The notes beneath the pieces were generated by a model. The model ran no database searches, was not told where the DNA came from, and worked only from the letters and a program-made list of their open reading frames with translations. The position numbers and the translations under genes were made by a program. From NCBI GenBank assembly GCA_951406725.2, contig OX597815.1:167152001-167216000 (forward strand): a DNA stretch of 64,000 bases. The letters run 5' to 3'. This document shows positions 26,640-40,640 of the stretch, piece by piece (position 1 is the stretch's first letter; every line of letters starts with the position of its first letter). Origin of the DNA: Octopus vulgaris (taxonomy: Eukaryota).

Positions 26640-29600
26640 TCTACACTTTTAGGTGTTGTAGCTATTTTAGTGAACAAGCGCACACCATTAATGTCATTAA
26701 CCCAGAAACCTAACACAGTAATAATGCTGGAAGTACAAGGTTTTTCACGTTTCATATGCCGAACAAAAAACACACCTGCCCCCAGACATACTGGAATCGG
26801 AAACACTTTTATGAGTTAATGTACTACGCAGAACTGTCTGCAGAATACGGAAACAGGGAGTAGCGTTCTTCACCTGTGATGACTTATCAACAAATGTCCT
26901 CCTCTTCCACTCCAAGCTAAAGTTCAATATACCAATATTGCATGAGATCAGTCTCAATTTGATCATAGGTATTACCTACCGTTCTTCTGATGCGATTAAT
27001 TCCGGAGGCTATTTCAGGGATGCATTTTCTCTTGTAAGTCAAACCCTAAGTGAGACCAGCTCAAAACCCAATGTACTGCTGACAGAGGACTTCAGCTTTC
27101 CTGGTCTCAGTTGACCTGATGGCTATTTCCAACCTGGAACTAAACAATCTAAACAGGAGATATCCTTTTGATATTACTAAAGTATTTTTCATGCAACAAC
27201 TCATCACCTGAACAGTTTAGTCTTTGCCATCACTACAGACTCCATTCACAATGTTCTGGTCATTCCAACAGCTACTTCTAGTCACAAAATTTTACTGTTA
27301 TCTAGATATGGTTCAAAGTGAACAAAGCACAAATAACATCAAGCAGGACTCAACCCTCATGCAATTAAATTTCAAAAAGGCCAAGTGAAAGGAAGTCGAA
27401 ACAGAAATTCTCGAAACAAACTAGTTTCAGCATAATTTTTTCTAATCTAGGCACAAGGCCTGAAATTTTGGGGAGGGCCCAGTCGATTAGATCGACACCA
27501 GTACGCAGCTGGTACTTAATTCATCGACTCCGAAAGGATGAAATGCAAAGTCGACCTCAGAACGTAAAGACAGAAAAAATACCTATTTCTTTACTACCCA
27601 TAAAGGGCTACACACAGAGGGGACGAACAAGAACAGACAAACGGATTAAGTCGATTATATCGACCCAAAGTGCGTAACTGGTACTTATTTAATCGACCCC
27701 GAAAGGATAAAAGGCAAAGTCGACCTTGGCGGAATTTGAACTCAGAACGTAGCGGCAGACGAAATACTGCAAAGCATTTCGCCCGGCGTGCTAACGTTTC
27801 TGCCAGCTCGCCGCCGTATGGTCTCAGCATATTGGCAAACTCAATGTTGTCGAATGAATTAAGTTTCTGTAAGAAGAGTCAATGAAGATCTGTTGAAACA
27901 TACCCCATATAAACACGCCTAATCCTGCAAGAGCGTAATTCCAGGAGATAGACGGATATTGATGCAAACGGAACCAAACTAACAAAACAACTAAAAAGTC
28001 CTCTCTGAACAGGTGAGATTGCGAAAGAAAAATGAAAAGAAAGAACATTGAAGTGGACCTAAAAATATCTTATGACAAAGAAACTTCACTAAAGGAATCC
28101 CGAGCAGAAAAAACTACAAAGACTAATCCCAAATTCTTTTTCCACTTTGCTAACCAAACATCATCTTCACATAACCAGATTGGCCCTCTAATGGGCCAAA
28201 ATGTATCATATACAAATGTATCACATTCAAATACAAATATGCGCGCTTCAACCTATAAACAAAACAAAAATACATAATTGAAACGAATTCTTTTGGGCCT
28301 CAGAATTCAACTGCAGAGACATGTCTAGAAATCAATGATATTATAGAAAATGATATACTTGCAGCTATTAATGACCTAGACTCAAACTCAGCGTCTGGAC
28401 CAGATAGCCTGCCAACCATATTGTTAAAAACCCTAACTCTAACCCTAGCCCTCCCCAAACCATCAAAGCTGTTATTCCAAAAGTTGCTAGATAACGGCAT
28501 ATTTCCAGAAATAATGAAAGACGTAGTAGCAACACCTATACATAAAAGAGATTGCAGGTCTGAAGCTATAAATTACAAACCTGTTTCTCTCACATCTCAC
28601 AAATCTAAAATTGTCGAATAACTGTTAATAATTACGTACCTTGAGGAAAGCAACCTCATAGTCGATGCACAGCATTTTTTCGGAGACAAAGTTGTCTGTC
28701 ACAATTATTGCAAGTATCCTCCCTAGCACTATCCTCAATAATCTCTTGAGAAGAATGGACACTGACTGCATATTCTTTTACTTTACTAAAGTATTTGACA
28801 AGATTGATCATGGATATTATCTGTCATAGGGTGAGATATCCTGGACACTCCGGAAAACACGGAGAAGGGTTCTCCGACTTCTTACGGGGCAAAAATCAAT
28901 CTGTTGCTGCCAACAATTTTCTCTCTGTAAAGTCACGTATAATAAGTGGAATACCTCGGGGCACGGTTCTAAGACCACTATTATTTACCATCACCTTACC
29001 AAGTATAAGTTCCCAAGTCCTCTAATCTAATATAACGAGTTACGTCGATGACACAAAGATGTCGACGGCTACCCATACTCCAGAAGATGCCATAACACTG
29101 CAAATTTAGCTGAACCTCATTTATCAATAGGAACATAAAAACAATATGGAATTTAATGCATCAAAATTACAGATTCTACATTAGAGGAGAATACGAACAG
29201 ATCGCATTATTTGATCGAATAATGACTGAGAGTGCTAATGACATACGAGACATGTCAAACGATGCATCTTTCATCAGCCACATCACCAAACTACGTCTAA
29301 ATGCAGACATCTCATAGCATGGATCCTACGAAACTTAATGATTCTACGGAAAATCTTAGTTCTCAGCACACTAGATAACTGCTCCCAGCTTTGGTCTCCA
29401 AACGCATCCGGTCTCAGAAGAAATTGAATGACTAAAAAGAATGTTCACTGGTAAAAGAACTTGAGTTAAACACCTTAATTACTGGGAACGCCGAAGAGAG
29501 ATATACTTGCATAAACGTTTAGATAATCTTGAAAGAGCATGTTATAAAATTCAGGATTAAAGAGAATTTCAATGCATGAACTGGCAGATATCTTCAGCTT

Positions 29601-29850
29601 CCAAATGTATCACCTTCGAAATAACGAACAAAAACAATTCATTGTACCAGTCTACTATTTAGAAGTCTTCAATTGTTCAGCTGCCTACCTGAAGTATTCA
29701 GAAATATAAAGGGACCTCTACCGAAACAACATTGGATAAATTCTTCGTGATGATCTCAGACCAGCCAACCATTCAAGGATTCACTCAGAGAGATGATCAG
29801 ATGCTACAAACTCAACCAACTTCCAGTCATAAAATGAGAACAAAACTGAA
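26640..29850 (+). mobile_element. Old, heavily degraded CR1-type LINE (APE and RT relic)
   Basis: KTNPKFFFHFAN, SASGPD, NYKPVSLTSH, SGIPRGTVLRPLLF, and YVDD at 29041; many stops; interrupted by SINEs at 27440-27816. Confidence 0.8.
27440..27816 (-). mobile_element. Tandem tRNA-derived SINEs (Meta-domain-like), nested in CR1
   Basis: Full head ggcggcgagctggcagaaacgttagcacgccgggcgaaatgc...gttctgagttcaaattccgcc, plus a second truncated unit. Confidence 0.9.
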
Positions 29851-31275
29851 GGAAAATATATTAAGATGATGCTGCAGCATAGCCGCAGGCCTACGGCTAA
29901 AACCATTAATCGATTAAAAGAAAAGATGAGGATTGGTGAAAACAGTAGATCGTCAGAGCAAACGCCTTGTGTTATCATTTACACTTCTTCGTTCTGATTT
30001 CAAATCCCACGGAAAACGAACTTTTCACTCTAGACTTATGCATAGAATTAAACATTAGTCAAGTACAGGTATCGGCCTTAATCGACTAAAATTTCCTTCT
30101 GAATATGTTGGACATTCCTGCTATTACAAAAATCAGTGATGCTTCACGTTAATAATATAGAAAAAAAAACACATGACTATTAAATCGTGAAGCTATTGTC
30201 GATACTATATTTTCTATTTTCTATGTTAATTTGTTTCCGAGTGTAGTATCTTTATTTGACAGAAAACTGAATAGATGTAGTTACAATATATAAAATGTGA
30301 TAATTTATTCATTGACTGAATGCCAAAGGAAACCATACGTGACAAATATATTCCGGTATAGAGATAATTTGTGTTCGAGTGCGTGTACATATAATACATC
30401 CATCCATCCATCCATACATATATCTGTGTATATGTGTGTTCTTTTTATATATGTATACACACGCATATGAGACTTATAACTTACGTACATCATGGGTGTT
30501 CTTGTTTATCTTATGTATGTTTTGGGGGTTTGTAGGTGTTTGTGTTAATTTGAAGGCTTTCCACATACTGGTTGGGTGCATGAAATTTATGTTTATATTT
30601 AAATTCAGCTGATTAATACCTGTTGGGAAGAGAGAAAGCAGGGAAGTAATTTAGGAATAAAACAAGATTGAGTTAAAGATTTATTAAGTAGTTGAGGAAG
30701 AGACGATATAAAGTAAGGTAAGCCAGAAGAGTGAGGTGTGTTTTGAATGTGTTTAAAAGGATTTGCTAGCAAGGTTGTTGTCTGTCGTTCCTAGTGAGGC
30801 TGTGTTGTGTAGACAGCTCTTGTTGTGTAGTTTAGAGTATTGTCCGTCTTATGAGGGATAACTTTAGAAGAGATAACTTTACTATATTAGAAGGGTTAAC
30901 TTTACTATCATGGGTATCATCAAGAAATACAGCATACATACAGTAATTATAATTTTACTTTTATAAAATATATTTTGTGGTGCTAATATAAAATTATAAA
31001 GTGAATACTAAATTTCAAAACAAAAAAGATTAAATAATATAAATTTTTCATTTGTATAACTCTTTTTGTAACTACTTTATCACTAATTCCTTCTCTTCCT
31101 CATTCTCCTCCAACCTCTTCTCCTCATCATTCCCTGTCTCACGTTTCTCTTTCCCTGTGTGTAATGCGTTCTTTTACTCATTGACTGCTACCAAGCCAAT
31201 TATGTGAATGCAGCACCTTGCACCTCTAATGTTAACCCTCTCTCTTTTTATCTCTCTCTCTATCTATCTATATAT

Positions 31276-31363
<88 letters not shown>

Positions 31364-31937
31364 CTTTTAATCTCTATCCTCATTTTTCTACGATATAATG
31401 CAAGTCTGAAGATTTCTACCAACCAGCCAACCAACTCTGAAAACAGCGATATTTAACCATATAGCTCCGTCCGTGATCATCCACATATTTTTAAGGGACA
31501 TGTTTCTCGGAATGCATTATTCAATACAACACTCCTCTCTTAATACAGCGGACACTGGCTGCTAGTTGAGACAAAAGCTATTATATAGCAGTAAAGGGAT
31601 GAAAGCACAGCGCATCTCTGGAACAGATGTCTCTTTTTTAAATTTATTGATGTGTTTTTATTCTCATTAATTATTACCATTCCAGCATGCCCGCAATCAA
31701 ATGACTGGATCAAGTAAAAGAATAAAGAATAGATCAACCTTAGTTGAAGAACTCTATGATCAAACGAAGAATGCATCAAAGGATGCATATTAATTTAACA
31801 GAATATGTTGTGATTTGAAAGACATAAGCCTGCTGTTGTTTTCCCTTCTCATGTCAAGCGAAAGACAGCGCAGATACAAGTACATTCCGGGCGTTTTCAG
31901 ACTTTTGTGGGAGAGACATGTAATAATTTCAAAAACA

Positions 31938-32093
31938 CAGGTGTGGCAGTGTGGTAAGAAGTATACTTGCTAACCTCATAGTTCCGGGTTCATTCCCATG
32001 GCGTGGCGCCTTGAACAATTGTCTTCTACTGTAGTATCAGGCCGGTCAAAGCTTTGAGAGTGGATATGGTGGGCGGTAACTGAAAAAAGCCTG

Positions 32094-32096
<3 letters not shown>
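31938..32096 (+). mobile_element. 5' module of a CORE-like tRNA SINE, ending in (TA)n
   Basis: gtggcagtgtggtaagaag...gttccgggttcattccc...ccttgaacaattgtcttctact; same family as 52825-52972. Confidence 0.75.
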
Positions 32097-32124
<28 letters not shown>

Positions 32125-32439
32125 GCGGTATTTCCGTCTCGGCAACAATACTGGAGCTATAGTAATCCGTTACAGGAGTTACCTGGCGTACCTATTCGTT
32201 TAGATCACCCTAACCCTAACCCCCCACCCCCCATACTTTGTGTGTGTGTGTGTAAGATCCAGGGATCGATGTGTAGGAAGAAAGTTAGCTTCAAGCTATC
32301 CGTCATTCTGGTTGAACTTCCTTGCACCAACGTGTAGGTACCCAGAACATCCTGCATCTTGAAAACGACTAAGACTGAAGGTTTCCGTTAGCTACAGGAA
32401 TAACCAAAAGTCACAGAGACTAACGTCCGAACTGTAGGG

Positions 32440-32850
32440 AGGATAAAGAACTGTTTTGATGCACATCTCTGTCAACTTGTTTGTTATCAGGATGGTGGTC
32501 ACTGAACACACTGAGAACCCAATTTTACACAAATTTTGCACACGTTCAGATCTTCATGAATAATTTTGCCATACCAATTCCAAATTACATGCTTATTATC
32601 TTTATAGACACGCGACTCTCTTCATTCATAAATTGCGAATTTTCTTAATGAGGTCTTATGCTATGACGTCCCTCTCCCTCCGACAACTCTCATCATCTCT
32701 CATATCCCTTCGTCCTTAGAGCTCTTGTACCAGTGAAATGTTTAATCTATAAGCAATCTGGAGCATTTCATAAGTTTCCGTAGCGCTTTTGACCAGTTTA
32801 GCACAAAACTATATTGCATAACGAGCTTCCAAACTGCATTCTGAAAACTA
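32440..32850 (-). mobile_element. mariner transposase N-terminal relic
   Basis: LEARYAI*FCAKLVKSATETYEMLQIAY...DDE...DLNVCKIC. Confidence 0.7.
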
Positions 32851-32926
32851 GTCACCTGTGACAAGCGGTATTTATTAGGATGTCTTCAAAGTGCTGGAAT
32901 AGCAGAAGTTGGCATATATACATACA

Positions 32927-32960
<34 letters not shown>

Positions 32961-32979
32961 CATACATACATACATACAT

Positions 32980-33010
<31 letters not shown>

Positions 33011-33039
33011 TATATAACCACATGTGAATCGTCGGCGAT

Positions 33040-33192
33040 TTTCTTCATCTTCTTTTCTATTCGACTTTCCTCTGTTTCTGAAGAAGAGCGTCGCTCAAAA
33101 CATTAAAGCATCTTTCTTTCCTTCCTTGATAGTCTGCTAATACTTTACATGTACCACGTCCTTGAGCTGTTGATTTTTTTGTGTGATTTACT
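33040..33192 (+). mobile_element. Short TA-abutting cassette with a decayed hammerhead (GAGC/GCTC family)
   Basis: ttt CTGAAGA A GAGC gtc GCTC aAAA ca TT aaa at 33075-33107; G12 is lost; followed by (TA)n. Confidence 0.55.
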
Positions 33193-33989
33193 TTATATAT
33201 ATATATATATATATATGCGTGTGTCTTTGTACCTGTGTTTTTTTGTGCCCCCAAACCACTTGACAACCGGTTTTGGTTTGTTTGACTTCCCGCATCTTAC
33301 CCATTCTGCAAAAAGAGAGAGATAAAATTAGTACCAGGCTTTAAAAAAATAACGACTGGGGTAGATTCGTTCAAAGAAACGTTCTTCAAGGCAGTGCTCC
33401 AGCATGGCTACTGCTACTACTACTACTTAGCATAGAGCAATATATCATTAACATGCCTACAACAATCCATAAACATGTGATATATTAGATGGAGAGTAAT
33501 AACATACTAAAATTACAATAATCCAGGACTTTTATTACCGCCTCTTCAAATAATATATAAAGTCTCGTATATTACAGGTACAGTAAAGGTAGCAGCGCAT
33601 AAGAAATGAGGGCAACATTTTAGCGTAGTTTTATTTCAGATTAAAAGTAGGCTACCAACAGTTCAGGGAATTTTTTTTATTTTTTTCTTAATGAAGATTT
33701 CTTAATGTTTCTATACGTTGAAATTATGTCTAATATAATGGTGGAAATGCTTTATTCGTCACAAGATCGGTCTTATTCAGAGCAACAATGCCTTTTGTGA
33801 TCTATTCGCATCTGAAAATAACAGCAAATAAATTTTCATATCATCAATATATTTTTTCTAAAAGTCTACATTTGACTTGCCTTTGCATTCATTTTTAACA
33901 AGGTCCTGATTTTTAAGGGAAATACTTTTATACTGCTTCGTTGTTTTTGGCGATTTGACCACAGTAAACGAATCAACACAAACATGTGG

Positions 33990-34011
33990 TATCATGTGTG
34001 CGTGTATATAG

Positions 34012-34105
<94 letters not shown>

Positions 34106-34379
34106 ATGTATGCATGTATATGTGTATGCATATATATATATGTATGTATGTTTATATATATTTATGTATATATATATATATATATGTATTTATATATACA
34201 TACAAATATATATATATAAACATGTATATATATACATATATATGTGTATGTACATATATATATATATATATATATATACATACACCACACATAAATAGAC
34301 ACACATATATATAAGTATATATATGTATATGTATCTATATATATATATAAGTATATATATATACATATATACATATATG

Positions 34380-34423
<44 letters not shown>

Positions 34424-34425
34424 TA
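33990..34425. repeat. Compound (TA)n/(TG)n microsatellite
   Basis: Direct periodicity. Confidence 0.95.
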
Positions 34426-34763
34426 CACGAAAAATATGTGAAGTATCATGTCTATTTCAGAGAGATTTCTTTCGACTTTTGAATTTTTATTTCCTTTGAT
34501 AATAGAATCCTAATATATCCTCTTATCCCCAATGGCAAAAGCCTAGTTCAAAATGCATCCATGCATGTGAGATGTCTCCAGAAAGGCAGAAACTAAAAAT
34601 CCCGGAACAAAATAGAATAAAATGAAATATAATAATAATAAAAAAAGCTTACTTGAAAGGAAAATGTACTGCCAGCAAACAATTCCAGATCATGTATCGT
34701 GTCATCTATATTAGCCACTACTGATGTTGCTGCTGCTGCTGCCGCTACCACCACAACCACCAT

Positions 34764-34798
<35 letters not shown>

Positions 34799-34972
34799 GC
34801 CTTACAACACTATGACATACATGTCTGCAAGCATCCATAAACATGTGGTTGTGTGAGAAAAGAAATGATTTATAGCAGCTATATGTGTGTGTCCGTTTGT
34901 GTGTATGCGTGTGTGTGTATGTGTGTGTGAGTGAGTGTGAATGTGTGAGTGAGTGTGTGTGAATGTGTGTTT

Positions 34973-35020
<48 letters not shown>

Positions 35021-35407
35021 AAGTGTGTGAAATCCAGGAATACTTTCATCAACAGAATATCGATTTCAAGATAATGTACAGCAAGTCTTGTCTGTGTGTC
35101 TATATGTATGCCTATCTGTGTTCATGAGCGTGCATATGTATATCTAATACTGAAAACGCGACCGCAGTTAATTATATTTTCTTACATTTTAAACATTTTT
35201 AAAATTAATTATCGCAGTATTTGTTCTTAATTTGGAACAAAATTTCATGTTCAGAGTTAGATGTTACGCTTTAATAATACGAAAAATCATTGAAAAAAAA
35301 TTACTTAAACTCCAAAAGTATCCACATGACACCTAACAGAGAGGCAGGGTAAATTCATGTTCCAGTTAGCTTAAACAGAATATATTTTAGCGTAAAATGT
35401 AACTGTA

Positions 35408-35540
35408 AATTATAACTGTAAATTATAACTGGGCCAGCTAGAATGTTGATGCATATTATCTTGTTTTTCGCATTGAGTTCCGTTTTCATTATTAATCTAA
35501 CTCGTCTATAGTATTTCTTTCTAATCTTCTTTACATCCAT
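35408..35540 (-). mobile_element. Short internal fragment of the R4/Dong-like LINE
   Basis: KKIRKKYYRRVRLIMKTELNAKNKIICINILAGPVIIYSY, near-identical to about 42350-42472. Confidence 0.8.
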
Positions 35541-36562
35541 CCATCTTCTGTAGCCTTAACAATAGAAGGATATTACAAATTTTAACTAATCAATAGATAT
35601 TATAAATAAGCACACCGAGTTAAAAAGCAAATGTCGTCATGAAACTAAATAATACTTCTGCAACGAAAGCAGAACACTCGAACGGTATTAAGTTGCCAGA
35701 TATAAATTATCAACTACCTAAAATTAATTCCTTCACAATCCGAATGAAGATATATGGTGTACCGGTAGAAAAATGTCTCAATACAATCAACAAGACCACT
35801 TTCTAAATATTAAGTGCCCAGATCTAGCTCAGTGCTTTACCTTCTACAAAAGTGTTGTGATTCGAACAGACGGTCACTCTTTACAATGGCTGCAACTGCA
35901 TTTCAAGGCCAGATTCTTCGTGTAGTGCGTCGCATAGTTATTGTTTGTAGTAAACGAATTGTCCGACTAAATCCAACTGTTTGAGGATAAGCCAATCATT
36001 GTTAACTCTCATCCTGTCGACTGTCTAAATGGCAAAACTTTAAGAAATAAAAGGTTGAATGTGAAATAATAGATTAAGAATAATAGATTAGGAATTCAGT
36101 TTCCTTCCCTTTTGGCCCTAAACTGTGAAATATTTTAATATTTCCAAATTTTGGTTTGCTGTCGTCGGGAGCCACCACCGTTAAGGATGTTTATTCGTGA
36201 TTATATGGATCCTGTACGTTTTATCGTACTCTTGTTTTCGATATCATAAAGGAGAATATGTAAATTTCCCTTTGGGGTCAAGGAATATAATTTGGACGCA
36301 GTTAATTAACTCAGGGAAGCAGGATGCACATCAACCCTTCCAAGCGGTACAATTTCTCTTTATTTACATGAAGCGAAGTATAAATACCTGTACATTTGTG
36401 TATTGTGCAAAATAAACACCAACCGATCTACCCAAACGTGCATGAGCTGATTAAATTGAATAGTTGTTCATTCTTTTGTCTTTATATACCCACACAGACA
36501 CATAGACTCACACAGACAAACATGTGTGTGTATATATGATAGATCGGTATCCACTACTCACA

Positions 36563-36716
36563 ATGTTTTCTCTCCTCGTTTTTTTCTGTGTTCCTTTCTG
36601 TAGAAGAGCATAGGCTCGAAACGTAAAAGACTTTTTCTATTCCTGAGCGTTATACTAATACATCTGTTTGTGTTGTACACCACCTGTTTTCGTCTTTTGC
36701 TTTTTTGTGAACTCTT

Positions 36717-36719
<3 letters not shown>
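36563..36719 (+). mobile_element. About 160-bp TA-abutting cassette with a minimal hammerhead (A6U core)
   Basis: 36594-36629: CTTT CTGTAGA A GAGC atag GCTC GAAA CG TA^ AAAG; colinear with 53940-54095; ends at (TA)n. Confidence 0.75.
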
Positions 36720-36778
<59 letters not shown>

Positions 36779-36965
36779 AATGAGTAGAAATGACCTTTTT
36801 TTAGGGGATTATTTTTTATTTTAATCGTGATAATAGTGTTTACAATGCATTAGTCTCATATGAGTTTCAAGCTTTCAAGTAGCCATTTTTAACAGGGCGA
36901 CTCTGTCAAACTCTACAGCTATCCTACTACTCCTCCACTCTGAGGGTTCCTCTGTCATAATATAT

Positions 36966-37298
36966 ATCTCGCTTTTTCTATTTCTTTCACCCTTTTCAAT
37001 CCTAGCCAGGCTTATGGGCCCGGTTTCCCGGTTTCTATGGCGTATGTGTCCCCCCCACCACCCCAGCTGGACGGGACGCCAGTCCATCGCAGCGTTACTC
37101 AAGAAACAGGAAGTGAGTGTGAGAGAAAGTTGTGGCGAAATAGTACAACAGGGGTCGCCACCTCCCCCTGCCAGAGCCTCGTGGATCATTTTTAGGTGTT
37201 TTCGCTCAATAAACACACACAACGCCCGGTCTGGGAATCGAAACCACGATCCTCCGACCGCGTGCCCGCTGCCCTAACCACTGGGCCATTGCGTCTCC
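36966..37298 (-). mobile_element. Full-length tRNA-derived SINE with V-like domain and TSD
   Basis: Head tggcccagtggttagggcagcgg...ggtttcgattccc; gatggactggcgtcccgtccag; flanking duplication tcataatatat at 36955-36965 and 37299-37309. Confidence 0.85.
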
Positions 37299-38439
37299 TC
37301 ATAATATATGTACTGCTGTCCAAATCAATTATTCATATATATATATATGAAGATAAAGAGAAAGCAAGAAAGACAGGAAGGTTAATGTTTACTAAAACGT
37401 TCTTTATTTCGTCAAAAATCTTTTTCTGTTCGCTTCTTTATAATACAAGTGCACACAAAGCATCTTTATACAATACTTTCAGTTTTACATCCTAGAAATA
37501 ATATGAAACAAAACATGTAGGACGTGACAGAAAACTTTTTAATTTTTAGCTGATAGGTGCAATAATTTTGGATTAATTTTGGTTGTCGTGGTTTAATCAC
37601 GGATTAGTAACGCTTGTTTATCAAACTTGTCCCAGCTATGACCATTCCTGCGTTCACACGCGCGCTGCATATTTGTGACTGCATTATCTAACAGAACAGT
37701 CCCTTGTCAAAATAGCAAGTAGCTTGAGGGAGTTTTAACTGTTATTTCCACCAATCCGAATAACCACATAAACTTGCTCATACTTTTATTTTATTTAATT
37801 ATTTTTTTAATTTTTTATTTCGACAGCAGGAGGGGAATGTTTGAAACTGATTCCAGTAGAAAATGTATCTTCGGCAGATTCGTCACCGTGAAAGCAGTTC
37901 TCGGATTTTCTTCCTTTCTGAAAAAAGTGAGAAAATATTAATGTTTAAAATTTATTTCACTGACATCAACATATAATAAATCTTCAGAAATTTACGAAAC
38001 TGGCTTCAGTGCTTGATTACAATTACAATTATGTTTTACCGACTCTGGAAAAAGCTAAAGTCGAGCTTGTGCGGATTTGAACCCAGAACATAAAACCACG
38101 GAAGTGAGTTACAGGGCGACTCCCTAGATATCTTATCAGTCCTCCACTCTGAGGGTTCACTTGTCATAATATGGTCTTTGACTGAAATTTTAAAATATTT
38201 TTTTTAAATCAAACTTGCTCGTCTCAATGACAACACTTTGATCATGGGCTTATTGGACCAAAGCTTACCTGGGGTTAAACAAGACAAATACTTACATCAA
38301 CCATATTCCTTAACATCATTATTTCATACGTGGTGTTCATAATGCCGGATGATATAAAAACTGTACTGAATTTGACGCATGTGTATATACATTTATGCCT
38401 CATCTATTCTCAGATTCATTTAACAGAGAAAATGCACAT

Positions 38440-38566
38440 GTATGTGAGGGTGTGTGTGTGTATCTGTGCGTGTGTGCGTGTGTGTGTGTACATAAACTCA
38501 AACACACTCGCACTCACACACTCTCTCTCACACACACACGCACAAACTCACACACACACAACATGT

Positions 38567-38646
<80 letters not shown>

Positions 38647-38684
38647 ACATATATGTGTGTACATATATATATATGCATGTGTGA

Positions 38685-38715
<31 letters not shown>

Positions 38716-38919
38716 CTTATATATATATATATACATACATCCATCCATCCATCCATCCATCCATCCATCCATCCATCCATCCATCCATCCATCCATACAT
38801 ACATACATACATACATACATGCATGCATACATACATACATACATACATACATACGTACGTACGTACATACATACATACATACATACATACATACATACAT
38901 ACATACATACATACATACA

Positions 38920-38984
<65 letters not shown>

Positions 38985-39347
38985 CTATATTTCAGAAACT
39001 TTACACCCGTCTCTGTCTTTCGCCCTTCGCTGCACACGACTATAGGGACTAATAATGTTTGCAGTACCACACACGCACACACACGAGCGCGCGTACGCGC
39101 ATACAAATATGTGCGGTGTGTGTGTAGATGTGTGCGTATATCCTAGTGGTTATATGTGTGTGTATATATAATTTACTTTTCTCTTGAGAGTAACACAAAC
39201 ACACTCCTGTAGATTAATTCATACCCATTAGATTGGACATACATACATGCATACATACATACATACATACATACGTACGTATGTACATACATACATACGT
39301 ACGTACGTACATACATACATACGTACGTACATACATACATACATACA

Positions 39348-39381
<34 letters not shown>

Positions 39382-39463
39382 CATACATACATACATACAT
39401 ACATACATACGTACGTACGTACGTACATACATACATACATACATACGTACGTATGTACATACA

Positions 39464-39494
<31 letters not shown>

Positions 39495-39570
39495 GTACGT
39501 ACGTACATACATACATACATGCAATGCATAGTTCATACATACATAAATACATACATACGTATGTATATAA
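38440..39570. repeat. Large compound microsatellite region (TG, CA, TA, ATCC, ATAC, GTAC)
   Basis: Direct periodicity; source of the 240-aa and 216-aa low-complexity ORFs. Confidence 0.9.
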
Positions 39571-40590
39571 TTGAAATGATGTCTGCTAAAAATATATTTT
39601 AAGTGCCCAGTGTGGTTGAAATAGTCAAAATGAATCCTGCGAATGATAAAGTAATTCTAACTTAAGATCAACATCACCGATTAAAATATGCCAGACACCA
39701 GTGGATGATAGCAATTTTTCAAGGAAGCTTGATGCTCATAGGAAATACTAAATGCAAAATCCCTTAGAGGAATTCCCTATAGACATGTTGTGCTCCACTT
39801 TTTAAACACCATTATTGAAGGAAGATTTCTACAATAGTCATCTAGAATATATTCCTTTCAGCTGTTCATAGGGTCTACAGACGACATCGATCATACGAAA
39901 CGTCGTTTTCCCCAAACATGTTATATATCCGATTCAAAACTTCTTTTTCTTCGTCCTATCCTTTTATATCATTCCGTTTTCATTTTAGTATTTTATTATA
40001 TATTTCTTTTTGTTTGTTTTAGCGTGGATATAACAAGTGCCAGGACATTATCTCCGCGAGAGAAGATAAAAAGATAAGGTTTTAAAATATGAAATTCGAT
40101 AAACTTTAACATCAGGACTCTTTAGTATATAACGACGCCTAGGGAATATAAACTGTGGTCGTTTAATACTCCACAATATGGAACCATTTATTTTAAGTTA
40201 ATGGCCTAAAGAAATATATTTCCAGCTGTTTAGAATAAAAGAAAATTGAATAAAAAAGTTAAAAACAAATATAGAAATATGTCGTTTACATACGTCTTAT
40301 TTTATTATTTGATTCATTTATTTATTATTATTTTTATCTAGTTCTTTTATTATTTGTCTTTTGGGAGAAATTCTATATGTTTTTGTTTCAACCAAGATCT
40401 TAATTATATAATATTAATGATTCACACTTAGATGCACACTTGGGCATCTAGTCACATGTGCGTATATATATGGAGAAATTAATATACGATTCTTTAGATC
40501 TCTCCAATTATTAATCTCTCCTCCCTAATCTTTATAAAAACGTTTTTCTTTCACTCTCTCCATCTCCATCTCCATACACACACGTGTGTG

Positions 40591-40640
<50 letters not shown>

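Noticed and set aside
38330-39574. Long ORFs (240 aa, 216 aa and others) rich in YI/HT/MYVC
   Set aside because: Translations of microsatellites that lack stop codons; the same applies to the poly-I, poly-N and YLSI ORFs throughout the window
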